This document shows, in pieces, positions 1 through 8,561 of a stretch of 64,000 nt of DNA. A program made the translations under genes and the position numbers. The notes beneath the pieces were generated by a model. That model was not told the DNA's origin. It did not search any database and was given only the letters and a program-made list of their open reading frames with translations. This DNA is from an uncultured Anaerolineae bacterium (GTDB lineage: Bacteria; Chloroflexota; Anaerolineae; Fen-1058): NCBI GenBank assembly GCA_964651475.1, contig CAZYXV010000012.1, positions 1 to 64,000 on the forward strand, given 5' to 3'. Numbering within the stretch: position 1 is the first letter of the stretch; every line of letters begins with the position of its first letter.

Positions 1-1212
1 CGTCATCACCGTGACCATTTCAGCGCCGCGCCGTACTATGGCCTGCCCGGGCGGCATGAGAAGCTCGGCCCCGGGGCTATCCAGGATAACTTGGCTGTCG
101 GTATTGGTGGCCATGGCCAGCGAAACGCGCAAGGGAATGTTGGCCTTGAGCGCGCCGGGGCAGCTATCTACACTGGGGCGCTGGGTGGCCAAAATGCAAT
201 GCACGCCAGCAGCGCGGCCAATGTTTGTGATCTTGATTAGCTCCCTGGCGCAATCGCCGCCGTACTCGTCATCCATCACGAGCATGGCCAGCTCATCCAC
301 CACTAGCGCCAAACGGGGCAGCGTTTCTTCCAGCTCGTCCAGCTTGCGCGCCCCTTGTTCTTCCAGCATCCCGTAGCGTTCCTCGATGGTGTTGCGCAGC
401 GAGCGCAGCAGAATGAGCGCGTCTTGGGCCGTCCTGGCAATCTCGACCGTGTGCGGCAGCTCTGCAAAGAGCGCCAGTTCCACCCGCTTGAGGTCAATGC
501 CGTAAAGCCTCACCTGCTCCGGCTTGTTGCGCGTGCACAGGTCTACCAGCCAGCAGTTGAGCAGGTTGCTCTTGCCCGTGCCGGTTGCGCCGCCCATCAG
601 CATGTGCGGAAAGCCCTCGGCGGCCAGGTTGCTCCATTGCTCGTTGCCGTATGCGTCTACCCCCAGGCGCAGCCACAACCCGCTTTCGGGCGGATAGTGC
701 ATCTCGCTATAGAGAACCTTTTGGGGCAGCTTGGCTTCCTTTTCCACTCTCGGGCTCAGTATCGGCACGTTGCCCACGCACACAAACAGCTTGTGCTTCT
801 TGGGCGATTCGACAATGCGCACATCTGTCCCCAAGATGCGCGATAGATCGCGCTCTACCCTGGGCTGCAAAAGTTTGGCTGGACGCAGGCCAGGGGGAAA
901 GCGATCTATCCGATACATAAAAGCATTTTCCGGCGCAAATCTCCAACTCGCGCCCCACTTGACGCGCAGATACTTGACCCTCCGGTGCTTGCCCTCGCCG
1001 CTCACTTTTTTAACGCGCAGTTCCAGCGTGTCGAACGCCTGGACCAGTTCGGCCTTGACCTCGGCTATGGCGCGCAGGTGCGCGCGCGCCCACACTTCGC
1101 GGGCGTTCAAAAAGCGTTCCGGCAGCAGCATGATCTTGAGACGCTGTAAGGGTGTGAAATATACCCACACTTCCTTATCCCCTGCCGCGTTAGTGGAGTT
1201 TGGGTCGCTCAT
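1..1212 (-). CDS. FtsK/SpoIIIE-family DNA-translocase-like ATPase; start codon at 1212, 3' end beyond the window edge
   Basis: Reverse-strand translation from ATG at 1212 gives MSDPNSTN... with Walker A (MLMGGATGTGKS), Walker B (LALVVDELAML) and an FtsK-like C-terminal motif (ATQRPSVD...KANIPLRVSLA). No N-terminal TM segments seen. Absent from the ORF track because it runs off the edge. Confidence 0.75.
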   Translation of the reverse strand, partial: MSDPNSTNAAGDKEVWVYFTPLQRLKIMLLPERFLNAREVWARAHLRAIAEVKAELVQAFDTLELRVKKVSGEGKHRRVKYLRVKWGASWRFAPENAFMYRIDRFPPGLRPAKLLQPRVERDLSRILGTDVRIVESPKKHKLFVCVGNVPILSPRVEKEAKLPQKVLYSEMHYPPESGLWLRLGVDAYGNEQWSNLAAEGFPHMLMGGATGTGKSNLLNCWLVDLCTRNKPEQVRLYGIDLKRVELALFAELPHTVEIARTAQDALILLRSLRNTIEERYGMLEEQGARKLDELEETLPRLALVVDELAMLVMDDEYGGDCARELIKITNIGRAAGVHCILATQRPSVDSCPGALKANIPLRVSLAMATNTDSQVILDSPGAELLMPPGQAIVRRGAEMVTVMT

Positions 1213-1286
1213 AGATGACCGGCCTCACCCCAGGCCGCCCACCCTAACTCTTCCAAACTCGCTTGCTTGCTCATTTTTCTTTTCCT

Positions 1287-1619
1287 TTCGTAAACAGGCC
1301 TTGATCATTGTTTCGGCCATTTTCACCGCAGAGGCGCAGAGGCCGCCGAGTTTTCAATTGATTTTCCTCTGCGTTCTCCGCGTCTCTGCGGTGCACTTTC
1401 GTAAACAGGCCTTGATCATTGTTTCGGCCATTTTCACCGCAGAGGCGCAGAGGCCGCCGAGTTTTCAATTGATTTTCCTCTGCGTTCTCCGCGTCTCTGC
1501 GGTGCACTTTCGTAAACAGGCCTTGATCATTGTTTCGGCCATTTTCACCGCAGAGGCGCAGAGGCCGCCGAGTTTTCAATTGATTTTCCCCTGCGTTCTC
1601 CGCGTCTCTGCGGTGCACT
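1287..1619. repeat. Tandem direct repeat, 3 copies x 111 bp, near-identical, each with internal inverted repeats (caccgcagag...ctctgcggtg)
   Basis: Unit starting tttcgtaaacaggccttgatcattgtttcggcc recurs at 1287, 1398 and 1509 with period 111. The third copy has 2 substitutions. The arms ccgcagaggcgcagagg / cctctgcgttctccgcgtctctgcgg are mutually complementary. Confidence 0.9.
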
Positions 1620-1666
1620 ACCGCCGCGTGGCCCATAGGATGACCAATGCTCGTAAACAAAAAAAA

Positions 1667-1704
1667 GCGGCGCACACCGAAAGTGCGCGCCGCCTTGCCC
1701 GCAA
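1667..1704 (-). terminator. Intrinsic terminator (GC hairpin + T8 on minus strand)
   Basis: Minus strand reads ggcggcgcgcactttcggtgtgcgccgc followed by tttttttt. Confidence 0.55.
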
Positions 1705-1722
1705 GCCCCCACAAAAAAAGCG

Positions 1723-1760
1723 GCGCACACCGCGTTAGTGCGCGCCGCCCCTACCCAAAT
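1723..1760 (-). terminator. Second intrinsic terminator on minus strand, near-duplicate of the first
   Basis: Minus strand reads gggcggcgcgcactaacgcggtgtgcgccgc followed by ttttttt. Confidence 0.55.
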
Positions 1761-1838
1761 AGGCTGGATCCCTTGGCTTGGCAAAACCATACCGTCAGCA
1801 ACTTGCAGGCTAAATCTCCCCCCAATAGCCAATAACAT

Positions 1839-1863
1839 AAAAAAACGGTAGCATAGCTACCGT
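1839..1863 (-). terminator. Third intrinsic terminator on minus strand
   Basis: Minus strand reads acggtagctatgctaccgt followed by ttttttt. Confidence 0.5.
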
Positions 1864-1870
1864 CTGCAAG

Positions 1871-1898
1871 TTAGAAAAATCCTGACCTGTGGTATAAT
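1871..1898 (+). promoter_or_regulatory. Putative sigma-70-like promoter (TTAGAA-N16-tgtggTATAAT) about 410 nt upstream of the phosphatase gene
   Basis: Extended -10 tgtggtataat at 1888-1898 and -35-like ttagaa at 1871-1876. It would imply a long 5' leader. Confidence 0.35.
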
Positions 1899-2306
1899 CT
1901 CACTTGCCCGGTGCAGCGCTCGCTCGCTGTGCTGGGAAGCCGTTGTTGACGGCCCGTCAATCTTGTCCAGGGACAGACGCATTAGAATTTAACCCCACAT
2001 CAAGACACAAAAGCGGAAAAGCAGATCATCATTCTGTCATTGCGCGCCGAGTTGCAAGGCTACTTTCGCGTGGTCACCACCGTTTGGGGCGCAGGGGTTG
2101 TGCGTCGCACCCTGGTCGGCGGGTCTCAAAATCGCATCGTGCCCTCGGCCACCGGGACCACCTGCCCGCCCACGCGGACGGCGGCGCGAACGGCTTTTTG
2201 CAGAGTGCTTTCATCCAGATGGGGGCGGCGCGCGAGGCCGCTGCGCGGATCGGGTAGCTAGTTTCTGTCTGGAAAGGCTCTACGCGCCGTCCCCCAGGAG
2301 TCAGAG

Positions 2307-4709
2307 ATGACGACCAAAGCAGATAATCACGTCAGGTCTTTTGATTCGCCGGGCCTGTCTGGCCAGGCAAGCATTATGCTATCAGGCGCGATGTTGGCGC
2401 TGGCGGTGGTGGTGATGATCGCGCTCCCCGTTCTCACGTGGCGTTGGGCCCAAAATCCCTTTCCCGCCGTATTATTTGGCCCCAGCTATATCGTCAGCGA
2501 CATAACACCCCCCAACCGGGAAAACACTCGTTTGGGGCTGGGCTCGTCCAGTCACCTGGATGCAGTGGACGGCGTCGAGCTAAACGGATCATTTGACCTG
2601 GAGCGATTAATGTCTGGACGCCAGGTTGGAGAACGTGTGACACTTGCACTTACCCGCCCAGATGGCTCCCGCCGCCAGGCGGTGGTTGCGCTGGTCCGCC
2701 TTGGCGCAGTAGATTGGGTCATATACGTGGCGCTGCCCTATCTCATTGGCCTGGTGTACGTCGTCACCGGCGTCTGGGTGTATCGCCAACGCTACAAGCA
2801 CTCTGATGGGCGGGCGTTTGGGGTGTTTTGCGCGGCGGTGGCGATTCTCACCGCTTCTACGTTTGAAAACTCGACTTTGCACATTTTGTCGTGGTTGTGG
2901 TCGGCGTGCGTCCCCCTGGCGGCGGGCGCTATTATTGGGTTGACGCTCGTCTTTCCGCAAGAGATGGCGCCAGCCAAGCGTTGGCCATTCTTGCGCTGGC
3001 TGCCCTACGTTGTGGGCCTGGGCCTGGCGCTCGTGGCGCTGCCGAGCATTTACAACGTGAAGGAGCCGTGGAGTTACGAAACAAGCTGGCGGTGGAGCCT
3101 GGCGTATCTTTTGGCGGGCATTGTATTCTTGTATGCCAGCGTGGGGTATCACCGCCTGCGTTCTCCTGCGCCCCTCGTGCGGCAGCAAACTCGCGTGATT
3201 TTGTGGGGCAGTCTGGCGGCGTTTGCGCCATTGCTTGTCGAATTGGTCTTGCTGATGGCGCCGGTTGTATGGCCTGCTTTGCCATCGCTTATGCTGCCGG
3301 CGCCCATATTTTTGCTGCCGCTGGCATTGTGGCCGCTGGCGTTGGGATACGCCATTTTGCGTTACCGGCTGTGGGATATTGACCTGCTCATCAATCGCGG
3401 CCTGGTGTATGGAACGCTGACAGTCTTGTTGGCCGGCGCCTATTTTCTCTTGTTGGCGGTTTTGACGCCCGCCTTTGTGTGGCTGACCGGACAGGCTGAC
3501 AATGCCACGGTGATTTTTGTGGCGACGGCGACGCTGGCGCTGATTTTCACGCCAGCGCGAGGCGCCGTCCAGGCCGCTATAGACCGCCTCTTTTATCGCG
3601 ACCGCCTTGATTTACGCGCTGCTCAAGGCGAGATCAGCCGCGCTCTAAGCACCACGCTCACGCTCGAACACGTCGTGCAATTGTTAACCGACGATGCGCC
3701 GCGCCGCCTGAGATTGGAACGCGCGACGGTGTGGCTGCACAGCCCCGATGGCCTTTTGCCCCATCCACCCGAATCGCCCGTCGCCGTAGAATCGGCGCCG
3801 CTGCTCGTTCCTCTCGGCAAGCAAGATGTGTATGCCATTGGCATGTCATTGGCGGGCCGTCCGCCCAATCGAGAAGAAGCGGACTTGCTAACCCTGCTAG
3901 GCAACCAGGCCAGTGTGGCGCTGGAAAACGTCCGGCTGGCAAAACAGTTGTCCGACCGCGCCCGCATCGAGCAAGAAATGCGCATTGCCCGCGAAACCCA
4001 GACGAGCTTGCTGCCCACCTCGGCGCCGCAATTTCCAGGCTGGGACATTGCCGGCTACTCACAGCCAGCCAGCGAAGTGGGGGGAGATTTTTACATTTAT
4101 CATCCATTAACAGATGGCAGCCTGGGGATCAGTGTGGGCGATGTATCGGGCAAGGGCATGTCTGCGGCGTTGTTGATGGGCGGCTCGGTTATCGCATTGG
4201 CGGCGCTCTGCCTGGACGATCCTACTCCGGCTGACTTGCTGCGGCGGATGGATCAGGTGCTGCAGCCCTATCGCGGATCAACCGGCCGCAATACGGCCCT
4301 GTGCTACGTGCGCCTGCCTGCGTCTGGCTCTGGTCCGCGCGCCATCCGCGCGGCCAACGCGGGCATGATCGCGCCGTTGGTGCGCCGCGCCAATGGGCAG
4401 GTAGCGTGGCTGGATGTGCGCGGGCTGCCGCTCGGCGCGCCGCGCATCGAAACGCACTATGCCGAGATGAGCGCCACGCTCGAGCCAGGCGACATGATCG
4501 TCATCGCCTCAGACGGCATCATCGAGCGCATGAACGCGGCCGGTGAATTGTTTGGGTTTGAGCGGTTCGAGCAAATGGTGGCTGCCTGCCCCTCCCACGA
4601 GAAGGCGGAACAAATCTGCAGCTTGATTCTTGAGCAGGTGGCGGCCTATGCGGCTTTGCGCGCGCCGCACGATGACATGACGCTGATTGTGGCCTGTGTG
4701 AGAGAGTAA
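2307..4709 (+). CDS. Membrane-anchored sensor with C-terminal PP2C/SpoIIE-type serine phosphatase domain (RsbU-like)
   Basis: 800 aa. The N-terminal half has multiple hydrophobic helices, the middle is GAF-like, and the C-terminus carries GGDFYIY...VGDVSGKGMSAALLMG...IASDGIIE motifs typical of SpoIIE/RsbU PP2C phosphatases. RBS aggag precedes the ATG. Confidence 0.85.
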   Translation: MTTKADNHVRSFDSPGLSGQASIMLSGAMLALAVVVMIALPVLTWRWAQNPFPAVLFGPSYIVSDITPPNRENTRLGLGSSSHLDAVDGVELNGSFDLERLMSGRQVGERVTLALTRPDGSRRQAVVALVRLGAVDWVIYVALPYLIGLVYVVTGVWVYRQRYKHSDGRAFGVFCAAVAILTASTFENSTLHILSWLWSACVPLAAGAIIGLTLVFPQEMAPAKRWPFLRWLPYVVGLGLALVALPSIYNVKEPWSYETSWRWSLAYLLAGIVFLYASVGYHRLRSPAPLVRQQTRVILWGSLAAFAPLLVELVLLMAPVVWPALPSLMLPAPIFLLPLALWPLALGYAILRYRLWDIDLLINRGLVYGTLTVLLAGAYFLLLAVLTPAFVWLTGQADNATVIFVATATLALIFTPARGAVQAAIDRLFYRDRLDLRAAQGEISRALSTTLTLEHVVQLLTDDAPRRLRLERATVWLHSPDGLLPHPPESPVAVESAPLLVPLGKQDVYAIGMSLAGRPPNREEADLLTLLGNQASVALENVRLAKQLSDRARIEQEMRIARETQTSLLPTSAPQFPGWDIAGYSQPASEVGGDFYIYHPLTDGSLGISVGDVSGKGMSAALLMGGSVIALAALCLDDPTPADLLRRMDQVLQPYRGSTGRNTALCYVRLPASGSGPRAIRAANAGMIAPLVRRANGQVAWLDVRGLPLGAPRIETHYAEMSATLEPGDMIVIASDGIIERMNAAGELFGFERFEQMVAACPSHEKAEQICSLILEQVAAYAALRAPHDDMTLIVACVRE

Positions 4710-4740
4710 AGGCTGGCAGGCCGGACACGCTCCGAAGACA

Positions 4741-6060
4741 TTAAAGCTCGTTCCCTGCCGCAATCGCCGCCAGGTTTTCCTCGGCATATTTGCTATCCTG
4801 GCGCGCTGCCTCTTCAAGCGCCTCTGGCGAAAATAACGCCAGGCGTTTCAGCGCCGCCGCCAGCATAACCAGCCCGCTGTTCGCTTTGCTCACGCGGCCA
4901 CGCGCCCGGTTAAGGTCAATGACGATTTTGCGCGCCGATGTGGTTATGTCCCAGTCTGGCGTCACAAATAGCCAATTCTCCGGCGTCATCAAGCGCAAAT
5001 AGTGGGCGGTTTTTTTGTACCCGTCGGGTGTGATAATGACCAGCGCGTCCGGGCAGGAGGCGCCGGTATAGCGCACCTCGCTTGGAGACAAGGTCACCTG
5101 GCTGATACTGTAGCCCGATTTGACCGTGACGGGGTAATCGTCGCGCTGCGCTGCCCACAGGCCAGAGAGGATGCCAGCCAATCCCACCAGCCGCGCCGCC
5201 GAACGTACCTTGCCGCCCGCCGAGCCGGCCGCCACCAGGTTAAACGTGCGGTCGAGCGTTGAAGAAAACAGGGGTGTTATTGGCTGCGCTTGCCCGAATG
5301 GTTTATGGCGCTCGTCGGCGTGCGCCAGGCGGTAAGCAGCGGCGTACTCGGGGCGATCTTCCTGGTGCAATACGCCGGTGTGGAATTTCAATTGCTCCAA
5401 AGTGCTCGTCAGCGCCTTGCGCGAAAAATCGTTGTTAGGCACGAAATAAGCCGTGCACAGTTCCCAAATATCCAGCAGGCCAAAGCCTTCGCGGCTGATT
5501 GCCTCCACTATCCGATCCGAAAGGTCTTTATCAAACGACGTGCCTCGATACACATAGCTCGCGCCATTGACCGCTGCCGTCGCGCAAATGTCCAGCGGGC
5601 GTTCCAGGTTGCCCTCGCGCGTGGTGGTCGTGATGCTGCCCTGCGGCGTGGTCACGCTGTGTTGCCCCCCCGTCATGCCAAAGTTTAGATTATTGAACAC
5701 CAACACTGTCACCCCCACGTTGCGCCGCGCCGCGTTAATCAGATGCGTCCCGCCGATGCCGCAGCCGCCGTCGCCCATCACCACAATCACTTTGAGATCG
5801 GGGCGGGCCAGCTTGATGCCGCTGGCGTAGGCCACGCTGCGCCCGTGCAGGCCGTGAAAGGCATTGACGTTGAAATACTGGTCGCTCAATCCCACGCATC
5901 CAATATCAGACACGATGACGGTTTTGCGCGGGTCGAGTTGGAGCTTGACCATCGCGCGGTTCAAGTGATCCAAAATCATGCCGTGCCCACAGCCGGGGCA
6001 AAACGGGTAGGGCGCTGCCGTGCGGAACGTTTGAATGGGTTCGGTGCTTGATGTGTGCAT
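4741..6060 (-). CDS. korB: 2-oxoacid:ferredoxin oxidoreductase beta subunit (TPP-binding) fused to a gamma-like domain
   Basis: 439 aa with CPGCGHG, GCxGxxD and GDGG TPP-binding motifs, plus a C-terminal gamma-subunit-like region. It starts 7 nt downstream of the alpha subunit stop. Confidence 0.85.
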   Translation of the reverse strand: MHTSSTEPIQTFRTAAPYPFCPGCGHGMILDHLNRAMVKLQLDPRKTVIVSDIGCVGLSDQYFNVNAFHGLHGRSVAYASGIKLARPDLKVIVVMGDGGCGIGGTHLINAARRNVGVTVLVFNNLNFGMTGGQHSVTTPQGSITTTTREGNLERPLDICATAAVNGASYVYRGTSFDKDLSDRIVEAISREGFGLLDIWELCTAYFVPNNDFSRKALTSTLEQLKFHTGVLHQEDRPEYAAAYRLAHADERHKPFGQAQPITPLFSSTLDRTFNLVAAGSAGGKVRSAARLVGLAGILSGLWAAQRDDYPVTVKSGYSISQVTLSPSEVRYTGASCPDALVIITPDGYKKTAHYLRLMTPENWLFVTPDWDITTSARKIVIDLNRARGRVSKANSGLVMLAAALKRLALFSPEALEEAARQDSKYAEENLAAIAAGNEL

Positions 6061-6066
6061 AACGGT

Positions 6067-7221
6067 TCAATCCAAAATCTGCTCGACGAACTGATCCGGC
6101 GAGATCAACTCACCGTCCACGCGATTGACGCCAACGACTTCCACCTGCCCGCAAGCAACGCGCTCAATCTCGCGGCGGTAGTCGCCCAGGTTCAATTCGG
6201 CCACCACTATGCGTTCAATCCCTTGCAGCGCTTTTTGGATGGCTGTTTCTGGGACGGGCCACAACGAGTGAAGGGTCAGCGCCGAAACCGCCCGTTGCCT
6301 GCTCCTGGCTTTCCAGACGGCTTCTTGCATCGCCCGCGCCGTGACGCCGTAGCTTGCCAGCAAGGTCTTGGCGCCCACTTGCACATCGGCCGCGACGAGT
6401 TCGAGTTCGCCGCGATGCTGCGTAATTTTAGCGGCCAGGTGGTCATTGAGCGCGCCGACCGTAGCGGGGTCCTTGCTCAACAAGCCGCGCTCGTCGTGGC
6501 TGGAACCGGTAAAGCGCACAATGTGCTCGCCGCCCAATGCTGCCAGCGGCGGCGCGCCGTCAGGCGGCGCGTACCGGTACGGCTTGGATTCTTCTATCCG
6601 GTCCGCCTCGCTCGTGGCGCTCGTCTCTTGCTTTTCACCTCTCACTCCTTGTCTACTTGTTTCCTCATTTACTTGCACCGTGTTCATCGTCATTACCAGC
6701 TCTTTGTCGGCTATCAAGAATGTGGGGCATCGGAAGCGCTCAGCCAGGTCAAACGCCTTGATCGTCAGCGTATAACATTCGTAAATTGAAGACGGCGCCA
6801 GCGCAATAATGGGATAACCGCCCGACGTTCCCCACCGCACGAATTGCACGTCGCCTTGTCCTACCGTCGTCGCGCCGCCGGTGGCCGGTCCTTGCCGCTG
6901 CACGTCCACAATGACCAGCGGCACTTCGCCCATGATGGCCAGGCCAATGTTTTCGCTATAGAGGCTGATGCCAGGCCCGCTCGTGGCGGTGAGCGTCCGC
7001 GCGCCCGTCATCGCCGCGCCAATGCACATGCTGATGCTGCCGATTTCGTCTTCCGCCTGAATCGCCACTCCGCCCGCGCGCGGCAACTCGCGCATCATGT
7101 GCATCAAGATGGGCGAGGCGGGCGTGATAGGATAGCCGGCAAAAAACGCGCAGCCGGCGTTCAGCGCCCCGCGCACGATGGCCGTTGCGCCGTCGGTGAA
7201 CTCACGCCTCGTCGTCGTCAT
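6067..7221 (-). CDS. korA: 2-oxoacid:ferredoxin oxidoreductase alpha subunit
   Basis: Start chosen at MTTTRREFTDGATAIVRGAL... (internal ATG of the 404-aa ORF). Typical KorA/PorA N-terminal sequence GYPITPASPIL. Confidence 0.85.
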   Translation of the reverse strand: MTTTRREFTDGATAIVRGALNAGCAFFAGYPITPASPILMHMMRELPRAGGVAIQAEDEIGSISMCIGAAMTGARTLTATSGPGISLYSENIGLAIMGEVPLVIVDVQRQGPATGGATTVGQGDVQFVRWGTSGGYPIIALAPSSIYECYTLTIKAFDLAERFRCPTFLIADKELVMTMNTVQVNEETSRQGVRGEKQETSATSEADRIEESKPYRYAPPDGAPPLAALGGEHIVRFTGSSHDERGLLSKDPATVGALNDHLAAKITQHRGELELVAADVQVGAKTLLASYGVTARAMQEAVWKARSRQRAVSALTLHSLWPVPETAIQKALQGIERIVVAELNLGDYRREIERVACGQVEVVGVNRVDGELISPDQFVEQILD

Positions 7222-8407
7222 CGCCGTCGTCGTCAAACGCTTCTTCCCCCTCTTCCATCCATACGGGCGATAGCAGCACACCTAAAAGAAATTGCCCGAA
7301 CGCGCCATTTTCCCAGTAAGGAACAGCAGCATTGGAAAATTGCCCGTGAAGCAGCCGCGCCCTGAGGGCTATCGTAGGTAGACTATCTTGATCTTCAATG
7401 ACATTTTCCAAGTCCTGAAGCAGCTCGCTAAAGCGTTCCGGAGAGAACCTGGTTCTGATCAATTCAGGTAGACGCTGCTCTATAGAATCGAGCGCGTCGT
7501 TTTGCACGCGACTCTCGCTTTGATCCTCTTCAATGTGCCCGCCCCTCATCGCTGCCGCCACGTCGCTAGAAAATCCTTCGATCTCTTCCGGGTCAAAGAT
7601 CGCCAGAGCCAACTCGCCGTCGAGTTTTTGTTGTATGTCCCACGAGTCGTCCGTCAGTTCCATTTGGCGCCTGACGTAATCTGCCAACTCGGTGTTGGTT
7701 CCCACGGCTTCCCAAAAGGCAGTGTAGGCCGGCGTCTCTGCTTCCAGATCGAACACGGTTTCGACGTCGGGCTGGAACGCCTGGGCCAACCTGAGCGCGC
7801 CGGCCTCTTCTTTTTCCAGGGCAGACGCCTTGCTCAGAGCGCGCTGAAGCGCCACGTGCAAAATGCCGCACGTGCCCCATATTTCCGCTCTCGTGTCCAT
7901 GCGCAGCAGGAGTTCAACCGCCGCCGCCAGCGACAATGTGTCGGTTTGCCCGGCGCGCTTTAGCCTGCGCCGGCATTGCCCAAACCGGTTCAACACATCG
8001 CGCTGCAGCGCTGGATTGACCAGTTTAGCCACAGTGTTGATGTCTGCCTCCGAGGTAACATCTTTACGCTCTTCATCAGACATTCGCGCCAATTCTTCGG
8101 GGGCGGGAACGTACAGAGTATGCATGGTTACCGACGCTTGCAGCGCATCTGCCGGGTTAACCGCCAGCCCTTCAAATTCTGGCTCGTCGCACAGCCTGGC
8201 CGAATCGAGCATGGCTCGAGTGGCAAAAACGAACCATTCTTCTTTGTCGTCCAGGTCGTATCCTTCGAGCAGCGGCTGCATCTCTCGCCACAATTGTTCT
8301 TCGACCTTGCGAGTTTCCTGGCGGCGCCGGCGTTGGCTCTCGGAGCGGCGGCGCTTGGCTTGCTCGTGGCGAACTTGTTTTTTGGTTGGTTTGGATTTCT
8401 TTTTCAT
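7202..8407 (-). CDS. Hypothetical protein with a strongly basic N-terminus and acidic C-terminus
   Basis: About 401 aa from MKKKSKPTKKQVRHEQAKRRR... to ...DDDGDDDDEA. RBS gggagg upstream. No recognisable domain. Confidence 0.55.
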   Translation of the reverse strand: MKKKSKPTKKQVRHEQAKRRRSESQRRRRQETRKVEEQLWREMQPLLEGYDLDDKEEWFVFATRAMLDSARLCDEPEFEGLAVNPADALQASVTMHTLYVPAPEELARMSDEERKDVTSEADINTVAKLVNPALQRDVLNRFGQCRRRLKRAGQTDTLSLAAAVELLLRMDTRAEIWGTCGILHVALQRALSKASALEKEEAGALRLAQAFQPDVETVFDLEAETPAYTAFWEAVGTNTELADYVRRQMELTDDSWDIQQKLDGELALAIFDPEEIEGFSSDVAAAMRGGHIEEDQSESRVQNDALDSIEQRLPELIRTRFSPERFSELLQDLENVIEDQDSLPTIALRARLLHGQFSNAAVPYWENGAFGQFLLGVLLSPVWMEEGEEAFDDDGDDDDEA

Positions 8408-8474
8408 GTTGCCTCCCAACGCCATAACCTTGACGCGACGGCATAGAGTTTACCATTGGTTAGGGTTGCGGTCA

Positions 8475-8507
8475 AACAAAGGCCCCCGGCTCAATGGGCC
8501 GGGGGCC
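8475..8507 (-). terminator. Intrinsic terminator downstream of the ABC ATPase gene
   Basis: Minus strand reads ggcccccggcccattgagccgggggcc followed by tttgtttg. Confidence 0.5.
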
Positions 8508-8561
8508 ATACCATTCAATTTGTTCGCGTCGCTGCTGCGCCCTTGCGGCTATCGAGTCGCG

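Noticed and set aside
1287-1619. CRISPR array
   Set aside because: Repeats are contiguous with no unique spacers between them, the unit is 111 bp (far longer than CRISPR repeats), and no cas genes are nearby.
731-1738. Long ORFs on both strands running through the 111-bp tandem repeat (731..1738 plus; 1271..1714 minus with 37-aa repeats)
   Set aside because: They exist only because the repeat unit is a multiple of 3. The units are perfect DNA copies with internal palindromes, amino-acid composition is odd, and the plus ORF overlaps the FtsK-like gene antisense. Treated as a non-coding repeat, though translation cannot be formally excluded.
2607-4234. Numerous 60-190-aa ORFs antisense or out of frame inside the phosphatase gene (e.g. 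2607..3188 minus, 3731..4234 plus)
   Set aside because: Typical high-GC shadow ORFs (Arg/Ala/Pro-rich, no RBS) nested in a strongly supported gene.
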